A stretch of DNA of 64,000 nucleotides, taken from positions 130,016,001-130,080,000 of the forward strand of contig NW_024704742.1 of assembly GCF_018977255.1 (NCBI RefSeq), given 5' to 3'. Position 1 is the first letter of the stretch. Each line of letters opens with the position of its first letter. This document shows positions 1 through 12,400 of this stretch, in pieces. The notes under the pieces were generated by a model. It made no database searches. It was not told the DNA's origin and worked only from the letters and a program-made list of their open reading frames with translations. Source of the stretch: Callorhinchus milii. Lineage: Eukaryota. The translations under genes were made by a program, and so were the position numbers.

Positions 1-283
1 ATCTGGGGGTGGGAGCCGAACGGGAAAGATGACCGAAAGCACGGTCAAAGAGTTAATTCTCATTACGGGCCTTGAAAGAAGTGAGGGAGCCAGTGATAAC
101 ATTCCCATCTGATTACATCTTCTACAGTAAATAAAAGGTTTTGCTTTTTTTTGAAAAAAACAAATTGTAATCGAGACCCATCTGAGATAACTGGGTTTGG
201 TATAATATTAAATTAACATTTTGCAGTTGAGAGCAACACTATATAATGAACAACATTATGTAAGACAATGATTTGGAGCTCAC

Positions 284-416
284 CTCTTGTGAGATATCTT
301 CTCGTGGTGCCAGCTGCTGGCTGATCGCTGCCAAGGAAGCCTGGTCCAAATCCCTAATGCATTGGTTGAGGGCATCAATGGCATCATCACACTCTCTCTG
401 TCCTGGGGCTTTATCT
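284..416 (-). CDS. TLN1: Talin coding exon 37: (R)[44 protein letters not shown], start of R9
   Basis: tcgcag|A ... GAG|gtgagc, 133 nt. Confidence 0.96.
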
Positions 417-3400
417 CTGCGAAAGAGTGAAATAAACAATAAGAATCCTTGCATTTGATATAACACCTTATCACATCGTTGAGACATCTCAAAGCACGGC
501 ACAGAATAAACTGTAAAGTGAATTGACTGTAAATTTTATGGGCAAAATATGAAAACATAAAATATAAAAATAATAGATACTATACAGATTACAAGATCTG
601 CAACCAATCAATCCAAACCTAGTAGTCTCCACTTCTCCTGAAAGAGATATCGAGCAATGAAAATTGGAACGTAAAAAAAACTCTCATCTTAGTGTCAAAC
701 TTCCAACTACTGCCCTTTGTTGACCTTGAAACAGCATTTGAAAGAACTTTGAAGCACTGAATGCACTGGCGTCTCTCGTGGTGCACTGATCAGGTGTCTG
801 ACAGCATAGCTCCACAAACCATCTTGTGGAAGACAATGTCTAACACAAATAAACGGTGCACGTTTCTGCTACACTGGTTCCCAAATCTAACGCAAAGTCA
901 ACATTTGCGAAACAAAGTACGGTTACAGCTCATTTCACAACAGCAAAGGTTGAAAGAAAACAGCGAGCAAAGCTTTAGATTATAAAGAGAAACAGACCCT
1001 CAGTCACAAATCCTAATCTGTGCTATTAGCTGATCGCAAGCCAGGGAGCAGTAGTGGAGGAGTAAAGCCTTTAAATACCTGATTGAAGTAATGAGTTTCT
1101 TGATCGAGTCCGACACAGTTCGAGAATGTCCAGCCAAGACCGACCACTTTGGTGGGTCTTTGGGATTCACAGCAAGAGAGCGAGCGGTCTGAATGAGACC
1201 AGTGGAACTGTCCAGCATAGTCTTTGCAGCCACCACAATAGGCTCCATGGCATTGAGGCCCTGTCACGAGCAATCACAATTATACACAGATACACACAAG
1301 ATTTTTCTTTTAAGCAGTGATTTGCGTTGATTTATAAATGATTCTGTTACTGCTAACATGACTATTGAAAACAAATCAGCAATGGTTTCAATCCAGCTTT
1401 TGATAACTGCTGCCCTCTTGCGTGCAAAGCATTTCATTGCAGGTTACCTGCATTGATTTTAAACACGGCAAGTTAAGCGCGATGGAAAATGTAGGTCAGA
1501 TTCTGCTGAGATGAATTATTGGATAAATGAGCTGCATAACACCCGCCCCTCAGCAAACACTGGTGACTAAGAACCCGACCTGCATTTTAATTCCCATGGA
1601 TAGTATTCAGCCTGGTTCAATTGCTAATACTTTTGTCTTGTTTTAGAGAGGGGATTGGGGGGTGGAGACTCAGGTGGCATATAAACGCCAACACAGACAA
1701 GTTGGACCAAATGGCCACTTCCTGTACTGTGGAGAATGAACGTAATTCTACAATAATAATCCTTGCATTTGATATAGCGCTTTTCACGTCTTCTAGACGT
1801 CCCAAAGCGCTTCACAGAATAGACTGTAAAGTGAATTGACTGTATATTTGTGGGCGAACACGGCAGCCAATTGCGCACAGCAATGTCCCACAAACAGTCG
1901 TGGATTGAAAATGACCAATTTATTATTGTTTTGTTTTGGAGGGATTATTATTAGGCGTGTGGAGTAAGGAAACTTGCCCAAGGTTTCGCCCTATCTGGAA
2001 TTGAACTCAGATCTCGCTTGCAAAGCGAATGCTCTAACCACTGAGCTACAGGACTCCACATGTATAAAATGCACACCACAAATTTGAGCATTATACCTTC
2101 TCCTAACTTTGAACATGAATATTTCCAACTACCGATTGAGGAATTACTACTAGATGCTGGGTGTCAATTACAGTTTAGGTTGAAGAAGATTTTTAGTTGC
2201 ACATCTGCCCAACTCCAATTCCCCCGTTCAACACAAGACTTCGGTTACTGCTTACCTCTGCACTGATCTGAGCTGGAATACTGGCAAACTCGGGGTTGGA
2301 AGCAAAAGCGGTCAGATTTTCAACTGCTTCAATCAGAGGCATCGTGGCAGCACGGCATTTCTCCCGGTTCTCGTCCACGAAAGCACCATCAAGAGCCTAA
2401 CAAAACACAACACATTGCAAATAAAATAGATTTACTGATGATGCCGAGTATGTGCCCCAAGTAAGCCAACCTTTTGTGTATTAAATAAGCCTGTACCTTA
2501 TCAGGGTGTACACATCACTTCAACATCTGTATGTAGACAACATCAGGATGTAGACTAAATCATACAGAATTAATTGCTATTAACATCTCCATTATCTTAG
2601 CATACGACTACCAGGATGGTAGAAAGTGAATTAGATGGACCTTGTTCTTTGTTCGTCTAGCAATTCCTACGTTCCTATCTGGCCAATACAAGTCTGTTTG
2701 AAGACCTTACTTGTGATTAAAACTGAAGATAGGCATCTGTAACAACTACAGAGTAGTTTTAAAGTTTTTAAAATGTACTTTAAAGATTTTAAAATAAGGA
2801 GACGCATCAAGTTTCTACAGATAAAACTCAAGAGATATAGTGGATAATCAGTACAGCAAGTTACCTTGATGGTCTTCACAAGGTTGGCTGTGCTATTTGC
2901 CACCTCTTTGGCCGACTGAACAAACTGTCTCTTTGCAACAGGGTTGGATGTCTTTGATGAGGCGAGACGGCAGGCATTGCACAAGGCAGAAGTGTGCTTT
3001 GCAACAATGGTGGCAGCAGAGAGAACCTGTGGGGTTGGGGAAAGAGGGGGGAAGAGAAAGAATATCAGTTTATTTGCTTTGAGCCAGCATCTTCCTTCAA
3101 TAATGTCCCACATTATACTAATAATCCGTGCATTTGTTGTATATGTTGAATATGTTGTAAAATGGATTCACTGTGTATTTTGTGAGCTAAATAATAATAA
3201 TAATCCTTGCATTTGATATAGCGCTTTTCACGTCGGGAGGACGTCCCAAAGCGCTTCACAGAACACACTGTAAAGTGAATTGACTGTATATTTGTGGGCG
3301 AACGCGGCAGCCAATTGCGCACAGCAATGTCCCACAAACAGTCATGGATTGAAAATGACCAATTTTATAAGGGACCAAGGACAGAGCCCTAAGGAAAGCT

Positions 3401-6400
3401 GCACAAGACGATGCGGGGGCCAGAGGAGAAACCGTTTGTGGAGATGAAGTGGAGACAGTGTGAGAGGTATGATCTGAACCAGTCAAGGACAAAACCATGA
3501 AGGTTGAGATGAGAGGAGAGATGGTGGATGAGGATACAGTGGTCAACGGTATCGAAGGCAGCAGAAAGGTCAAGGAGGACGAGGAGGCAGAGGGAGCCCT
3601 GGTCCCAGATGGACAAAATGTCATTTGTCACTTTGACCAAGGTTGCTTCTGTGCTGTGGGCGGCACAGAAACCCAATTGGAGGGGTTCGTGAAGGGAGTG
3701 GCGGGAGAAGAAGGAGCGAAACAATGACTCGTTCCAGGACCTTGGAAAGGAAAGGGTTATTGGAGATGGGGTGGTAATTTAAAGTGAGAGATGTTGGAGA
3801 AATAGGAAGTCAGAGAGAGAGGAATAGAAAGAGTGTGTGAAAGAGAGAGACTCAGAGAGAAAAAAGCTGAATGAATAATTATAAACCTCACACATAGTAT
3901 AGCGCCTTTCACATCTGGAGGAAGTTTGAATGCGCTTCATGAGATAAACTGAAGTGGTGTGTGTTTTGTTGAAGAGAATGTGTGCGAGAGCGAGCGACTG
4001 AGTGAGAGAAGGGCTAGCAGAGTGTGATGCTATACAAACAGGATGCCTCCTGTTGGAACAATTTGTTAATTAGCACTGTGTTAGGAAGATTGAGTCTCAC
4101 CTGTGTCTGGATGCATGCTGGATCCACTAAGTTTTGACAAGCCATCTGGATTGCTTGATTTGCTCTGGCAAATTGGGCTGGATCAACCAATCCTTGCTGA
4201 CCTGCGTGACTGTTAGGATCTGAAATCCCTACAAGGTATGCAGCCTGCAAATAAGATGAAAAGATGTGAAAAAAAATTGTTAGCTACATCTCTACTCTAC
4301 CTTAGCTTTGTCACCTTCACAGTCGTTTGCTAGAGTTAATACTATTCAAGTCATATAATGGACATCAATTGCTCTGCATTTGCAATTACTTTTATTTGGT
4401 CACCTAAGGTGTCCGCTACATGTGGAAAGCCATCACCATACTTGAGAGTATAGTATCCAAACCAAACCGAGTTCCAATTATATATGTCACCTCTGCGTGG
4501 AAATTTCCTCGTGTTTGAAATGAAAAATGCACTCTCTCCCTGGAGGGGCACATCTTGATTACCTAATTCCAGAGAATATTAGGTGTTGATTGGCGAGAGC
4601 CAAGGCTTGGAAACTACAGAATGTGTGTTGGGGTATTGCTGGAATTTAACCAGCTAAAACTGCACAGATTGCCACTGAAAGCACTGTCTGGCAGTTTTCC
4701 TGCAGCTTGTCCAGCTAGGACCACCCTACCCGTTAGGTCTTTGGCTTCCAGGGTTAACAGAAGCTGAGTGTGAAGATTCTCTGTCTCTCCAGCCCTGACG
4801 ATCAACCAGGTTGACTTCATCTGCCATTAGCAGTGCACTGGAGTACTGCGGATTTGACTCTGGAACCAGATTACTGAGACTGGACTACCGAGGCTGGCAC
4901 CAGAAAATTAGGCCATTTTTCCTCATAGGCTGCCAGCAGAGGTGAACTACGCAAATTCAGAATGCAAAATAATAATAATCCTTGCATTTTGATATAACTT
5001 CAAGACGTCTCAAAGCGTTTCACAGAATATACTGTAAAGTGAATTGACTGTATATTTTGTGGGCAAAAAGTGGCACAAGTAACTGGGACAAGTGAATTAG
5101 TGAAAAGTACGGAAACCTTTGACTTTTACAGTTTGCTTCCCAAATACACTTGCTAAGTTATGGTTTTAATTGCTGAATTTAACCGAAAGGACGAGGTAAA
5201 CTGAGATGAGAAGATGACCTTTAGCTTTACTGACTTCAGTTTAAGAACAGGAACAAAACTCACCTGTGCGGCTGCTTCTGTGAGTCCACATAAAGCCTTG
5301 GAGCCAGCGCTGACTGAGTCACCAAAAGCTGGCAGGTCACTATTCTTAGCATTGTGAGAGATTCCAGTCATTGCCTCTCCAAGAACCTGGACAAAGATTG
5401 GAGGGCAAAGCTAGATTTTAGTCCAAACTTCACATCCTGGGCCAACGATAGAAGAGTAGGACCATGAATTTCATTACAGTTCAAACCACAAGTAACCAAA
5501 TTCATCAATTTCATTCCAAACATTTTCAAAGAAACTAGTCGAGGATTAATTTTTTGTACTAAATTCCTTCAAGGCAACTATCCATTCCCAACACTAAGGC
5601 TCCAGCTTGGTTTACACACCTAATAAATGCTGAAGCTCTTAAGCACAGATTTATACAGTCAGAAACACTTGTAGAAATATCCACACGAAAGCAACACATT
5701 GTGACATCTCCAAAGTAAAAGGTAAGTATAATGTGCCCTTTGCAAATGTTACCACTGTTCGATGGCGAACTGAGATCAAGTTATAGCATATACTATTAAT
5801 CTAATAATTCAACTATTTTTTGTATAGAATTGCAATGCAAGGTCAAGTATTGATATTCCCTCAAAACATTCTGTCAAAGGGCAAATTTTCTTAGCTGTAA
5901 GTGTCAATATTGGACAACTGTGACAATCCATGGAAAAGCAAAGTACAGCAATAAGGATAATAATCCCCGCATTTGATATAGTGCCTTATATCATCAAAAC
6001 ATCTCAAAACAATTCACAGGATTTTAATATAATATAGTCACCCTATTTGTAGATGAATGCAGCAGCCAATCTGCGAACACAACTGTCCCGTGAACAAAAA
6101 TGTTTGTACACATACCTTGGAATTCTCCATAACACTGTCGATGCAGTCAAAGTAAGACAAGTCATTGACAGCCTCGGTGGGATTGTCCAGCATTCCTTTG
6201 ACAGTCTGTAAGAAAGTCACATTTAGATTTATACAGTAGTTTGTGAGAACAACATCCCAGGAAAGATAGAATTGTAGTTTTGCTAAACTGACACACATGG
6301 TGCAAGCTCGTGCATCTGCGTCTAGCATTGTGACACTTCAACTTTGTCATGGTCTGTTGCCACTTTTATGGAGCTCCTTATGTAAATAAAGATGCTAATA

Positions 6401-9400
6401 GGATTAATGCAAATCCAATTTGGTTTCACTTTAATCCCATGAACAAACACACCAATATGGATAACAAGACATTAGCAGCCTCAGACACGTGCATTAATTT
6501 CATTGTGAGGGAGGGGGATGGGAGAGAGAGGGGAGAAAAATCAGGTCAAAAGGTTTGGAAAGGAAATGATTGAATTAAAGGGCTGGAGGAAAGAAACCCT
6601 AAAGTAACACTTTATCCATATAGTTTCACTGTTCTCCACTTTGAAAAATACAAAGATAGACGTTGACACGGCATTCAAATGTTGGCTCCAAATAAAAGTG
6701 CAGCTTTCTGATCAGACAGTGCCTTATACTGCTTTAACTTGAGGAATTCCTTTCGGATGCTAGCCCACACCTGGAGGTAACCCGATGGAAGACATCCTCG
6801 CTCAATCCATCCTAAACTCCGAAGCAATTTAAAGTGGCAGAGGCTCATAGCAGGGGCAATGTCTCCGGTGTGTTGGTATATTATAACTTTCCTGAGCCAG
6901 AACATAAAACAACTAGAATTTTATATTTTGATAGCACCTCCCTCATCAGGAGGACTTCTCAAACAGCTTTGCAGAACTGACTGGGAGCCCGAGCCTGGGG
7001 GGGGGGGGTTGGTAAGAGCTGAAGATAAGTGCAAATTGTGATCAACAACAGTCAAAGAGAAAGGTCTTAAGGCAGGCTTTAAAGTGGAAAGAGAGTTTGG
7101 TGGGGGGGGGGGGGGGGGGAGGGATGAGACTTTGAGAGAGCAGGGGGTGGAATTAATTCCATACTAATGCAAACAACAACTGATCCTATCAACACCAGAC
7201 AGAGGCACAGAGGGCACTTCTTCCTGTACGGAAAGCCAGGAAGAAATTATCGCCTCCCATTAGAGGCTCATTCACTAAGTCAGAAAGTGTAGATGTGGTT
7301 TGTTGATCTCTAATCATTTCACATCTCCTACAGGAAATAGTGTTTCTGGTTACAAGGTCCCCATTGGCAGTTCATGGCCTTTATTTGGCAGCATTTATTT
7401 CAGTGATTATTTGGCCTGGAATATCTGTTTACACGTGCTGTGAAGTGAAATACAAACACTACTGTTGAACTCAGCTTGGCAGTTTGGGTGGGTGGGGAGA
7501 AGAGGGGTTTTAATACCAAGGACAGCTATCATACCTTCATTCATTTCCTTGACCATTTTGGATGCATTTTCTGTACATACCCAATAAGATAATAATCCTT
7601 GCATTTGGTAAAGCTGCCTTATGTCATCAAAGCACTTCACAAGAATAATTCTGTAAAGTGGCATGACTGTGTATTTTGTGGGCGAATGTGGCAGCCAACT
7701 TACACACCAATGTCCCATTTAATAAAAGTTATGAACAGGAGTTACAGATGCTTATGGAATGATGAAAGTAATCTAACCTGTCTATACCCATAGAGCGCTG
7801 TGAATGATCTGACTCAGTTTCACAGCTTTAGACAGCTCTTTAACTAAATCGTATCTGTTAATATAACAGTGTATAATACAGAACCTATGTCTGCAATCCT
7901 GTCAAAAATCCCCAGCACAAATGTCAAACTAGATATAAGAGGCTCCAGAGGAGCTTGTGCATGAGAGAACTGCTGCCTCCTTATCCCATCATTAATACCA
8001 TTTGAATATTTTATAGTGGATTGAGAAAGGAGTTTCAGAGAAAATGTACGCTGCGAGGATGAATCTTGCAGAAGAGATGAGGAAAATGGCAGGGCCTCAT
8101 CACGTTGTTGAGACGTCTCAAAGCGTTTCACAGAATATATTATAAAGTGTATATTGTAGACTGTATTTTGTGGGCGAAACGCAGCAGCCAATTTTGCACA
8201 CAGCCGTGCCCCACAAACAGCCTTGTTTTTGAGGGGATTATTACCCGCCGGAAAATAATCCACCAATCGACTAATAACCGGGTTCCTACTTAATGCTAAT
8301 GTAAACAGACCATGTGAAGTAAAGAAACTTGCCTAAGGTGTCGCCCTGCCCGGGAATCGAACCTGGATCCTCTCGCTCACGAGGCGAACACGCTAACCAC
8401 TATCAAATGACCAATTAAGAGCGGTGGTGTTCACCACATACCTCCAGCTCACGGAGAGCATTGTCACATTCCTTCTGTCCCGGCGCCTGCTGCGTACACA
8501 TGGTGATCAGCTGGTTGATGCTTTCAGTCACAGCCCTGCAGAAGAAGAAAAACAAACAGCTTTACTGCAAGACTCACACATCCACAAAAATCAAACCACA
8601 CATATTTGATTTGAACGACCAGTTGCTGCTTCCTTTGTAGAAACAAGCCCTGGGCTGTTTTTCAGGTTTGCATTTCAATTTCCATATTCCATTATAAATT
8701 GAACTCGACTTATAAACAATCTGAACTTCTGCAACCTCACATGACATTTGCTCGTTTATCAGATTTAGACTCATTAAAGAAACGCATTTGCCCGTTTTTC
8801 ACCCCAAGATCCAACTTCCAAGATTGGTCCGCTCATGTAACTGAATCAACAGCCTTTCTGTATTAGGCTTAACATGGAGCAGATTCCATCCAGGGCTGCA
8901 TTAAAACACAACTCTCATTGAAGCAAGACCCAATTCCTATTTGGTTACAGAGATGATGGACCACCCCGAATACCCAAGTGCTAAACTTTAATGAAAGACA
9001 GACAAACATAAGGATAGGACACTTCCAGCAGATAACTGGATGACAACTGGTATTGCGAACCCTTCCAATTTTCACCTATTCCAGCCTCAAACAACAAAGA
9101 CTCCAGTGCCCCCTACAGCTATTTGGGTAACATTACAAAGCGACATTGTCACATTATAGCTAAATCACTGAAAGTCACCATTGTATTACTTACTCAAGAC
9201 TAGAATCTCTACCTCTGTTGATCACCAGGATGAATGTTAATTTAAATACTCTAAGAGTTAACTGCACAATAAGTATTTTGCTCTTCTGTGCCCTTGCAGC
9301 TGCAGTGATTAGATATCTTTTGACAAAGTTTGCCACTGACACACACAAGAAAGCTGCTTCAGAAGATTGCTGTAAAACGCAACTTTCCTGTACTATTTAA

Positions 9401-12400
9401 TGCAAACAATTTTTTTTAATGGAATGCACCAAGTATACTAGAGCTTTATAAACTCGGAATTACAGTCTGCCTGGAAGACAGAAATTGCCCTTTTTCTTCT
9501 CTTCTGAAGGCAAGGACTCTGGCTGAGGTATACTTTGACAAAACTAGTCAACAACAACAACAACTTGCATGTATATATTTATTTTGTAGTCGCCCTAAGG
9601 CATCTCACTCAAAAATCCAGTTCCTCAGGGCTCTGTCCTCGGTCCCCTCCTTTTCACCCTCTACATGCTCCCCCTTGGTGACATCATCCGCAGACATGAG
9701 ATAAATTTCCACATGTATGGTGATGACACCCAACTATATCGCTCTGCCTCCACCCTCAACTCCAGGACTACTGGCGTCCTGACCGACTGCCTGTCCGACG
9801 TCAAGTCCTGGACGAGGGACAACGTTCTCTAGTTGAATGTTAGCAAGTCCAACGCCCTCCTTATTGGCTTGTGCCAGCGCCTCCGCATCTCAGGCGCTGG
9901 CAGCATCAGCATCCACGGCTGCACACTCAACCTCACTAAGCTAGTCAGGAACCTGGTATCTTGTTTGACCCTGAACTGTCCTTTCTCCTCCACATCCGCA
10001 CCATAACTGGCACTGCCTACCACCACCTTGCCAGACTCCGCCACCACCTCACCCCTCAGGCTGCCGAAATCCTCACCCACGCATTAGTCACATCAAGGCT
10101 TGATTACGGGAACTCCTTCCTCATCAGCCTTCACAACTCTTCCCTTCACAAGCTGCAGATCATCCAAAACTCTGCAGCTCGTGTATTCTCGGGCACCAGG
10201 CTCCGTGACCCCATCACTCCCACCCTCGCCCGACTCCACTGGTTCCCCATCCCTCAGAGGATCGAATTCAGGATTCTCGTCCTCACTTTCAAGGCCATCC
10301 TCCTACCTCTCTGACCTGCTGACTCCCTACCAACCTGCCCGCTCTCTCCGTTCAGCTGGCTCCGACCTGCTCCATGTCTTCTGCCCAACTCGCCCTACCA
10401 TCGGTGGCCAGGCTTTCAGCTTCTCTGCCCCTACACTCTGGAACTCCATCCCACAGTCCCTTCGACTCACTTCCTCCCTTGCCTCCTTCAAGGCCAGTCT
10501 CAAGACCCTCCTCTTCGATCGTGCCTTCAGTCTCCCTCCCACCTCTCTGCCTTCCCTCACCCCAACCCCACCCCTCCCCCATGCTTGGGGCCTGATCCGA
10601 TTGTCCAGCGCCTTGGGACATCCTCCCGACGTGAAAGGTGCTCTATAATATAATTTTGTTGTTGTTGTTGTATTGAGCTGCGATGTTGGACAGGGAATAT
10701 AAGTAGACTACATAACTGTGGATTGCGGGGGTGGGAGGGGGTTGGGTGAAGGGGATACACCCGACTCTGATCAATCCTCAACCGATGTCTTTCTCTTTCC
10801 ACCACATCCCCTACAAACTCTACATAACTGTGGATTGCGGGGGTGGGAGGGGGTTGGGTGAAGGGGATACACCCGACTCTGATCAATCCTCAACCGATGT
10901 CTTTCTCTTTCCACTACACCCCCTACAAATTCACGGCCACAACCACAGGAGCAGGTGTCATAGTCATAATGCAATGATCAGGAACCCTTCCCCTCCCCAG
11001 ATCGGGGAAACCGAGGCCAACTATAGCGAGCTATACTGGCTGAGATTCCCTCAAGGTCTCATCTCAGAGGAGAGCAAGGTGTGCCTCTTTGGTGAGATTG
11101 CTGGAACAGGATAGAAACAAGAGGCATGTTAAAAACTGACTAAAATGAGTCTCACTTTTTTTTCTACTCACTGAATCTAGCTCTCAACCAATTCCTTTTC
11201 AAGTCACAAACTCACTTAAAAAAAACAAGGGAAACCTGATAAGTTTCAATGCACATTTGTTTACACAAGAATCAAAATAGTAATGAGTGACAAACTAGAA
11301 TGTCGGCTTCTAGGGTTTCTGCCCATTTAAGGAAGGAACATAAAATCCCATGACTGACATTCATATGTACCTTGCTGCAGCCGCAAGTTGATTCTTGATG
11401 TTGGGAGCGGTCGGATCAGCAGAGAGAGCTTTAGCTGCGAGTAAAAGTTTGCTGGAAGCCATGGAAATGCTCTTCAGGTTTCCGATCACCTGAACCTTGT
11501 CTTCTTTGTCCTGTTGAGGTGTAAAGGTTAAATGAGAACGGACAGCCAACAGAAATTTGTGTCCCCCAATCTGTTCACTTGTTTTTTTAATCCACGATTT
11601 TCCTCAAAAACAAGGGCGAGCACAGCCTACTTAAATTCAATCTCAGCAGCATTTTTAAAAATTATAAATAATATATATGGCTGGGAATAAATTATAGATG
11701 AGTGAGTCATCCGGAGTTGTTTGATGTCACTGTGCAAGCCAAATTCTGTTTGACAATACAGGTATGTGCACATTCTCTAACGCTCACACACACACCCATT
11801 TACGTTGGACATGTAAAATGAGAGAATTGCCATTCTACAGAAATATGCAAAATTTTCTGAAGTAATTTGTTACTTTGGTACCACTTTACGTGTATGTAAT
11901 GCACACTATATACTGATAGATACTTCAAAAACTATGAAGGAATAGGTAGGATAGCTTACATCCAGTTTCACACCATCAAATTGTACCATTGCAACTGATC
12001 TGGTTGATGTTGGACACGGTGTCATTGAAATAAGGAAACATTCCTCACAGAGTGGTTAAATGCATCTTTAGTAAGTAGGGAACTTCAAAAATTTCATTCG
12101 GATTTTTCATACTAAGTGCACCAATCTCCAACTACTTTTCAACAGCAAAGATACAATATCTGGATGATCCAATGTACTTGTCAATCAATTTGATACTAGA
12201 TTATTGTGGAAAAGGCTCAAATGCCTCCCCTACAGTGACTGAGCTCCTGACCTCAGTTGTGATCACAATGAGAGGAACCTAAACAGATGTTGGTGCTTCA
12301 CAAATATAGATCAAAAAATTTAAGACTTCCTGATTTACTCCCAGCCTGAGGCAATATAATAATAATCCTTGGATTTGATATAGGGCCTTATTACGTCATT

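Noticed and set aside
10708..10929. CRISPR-like repeat array
   Set aside because: Eukaryotic intron with only two adjacent units and no spacers.
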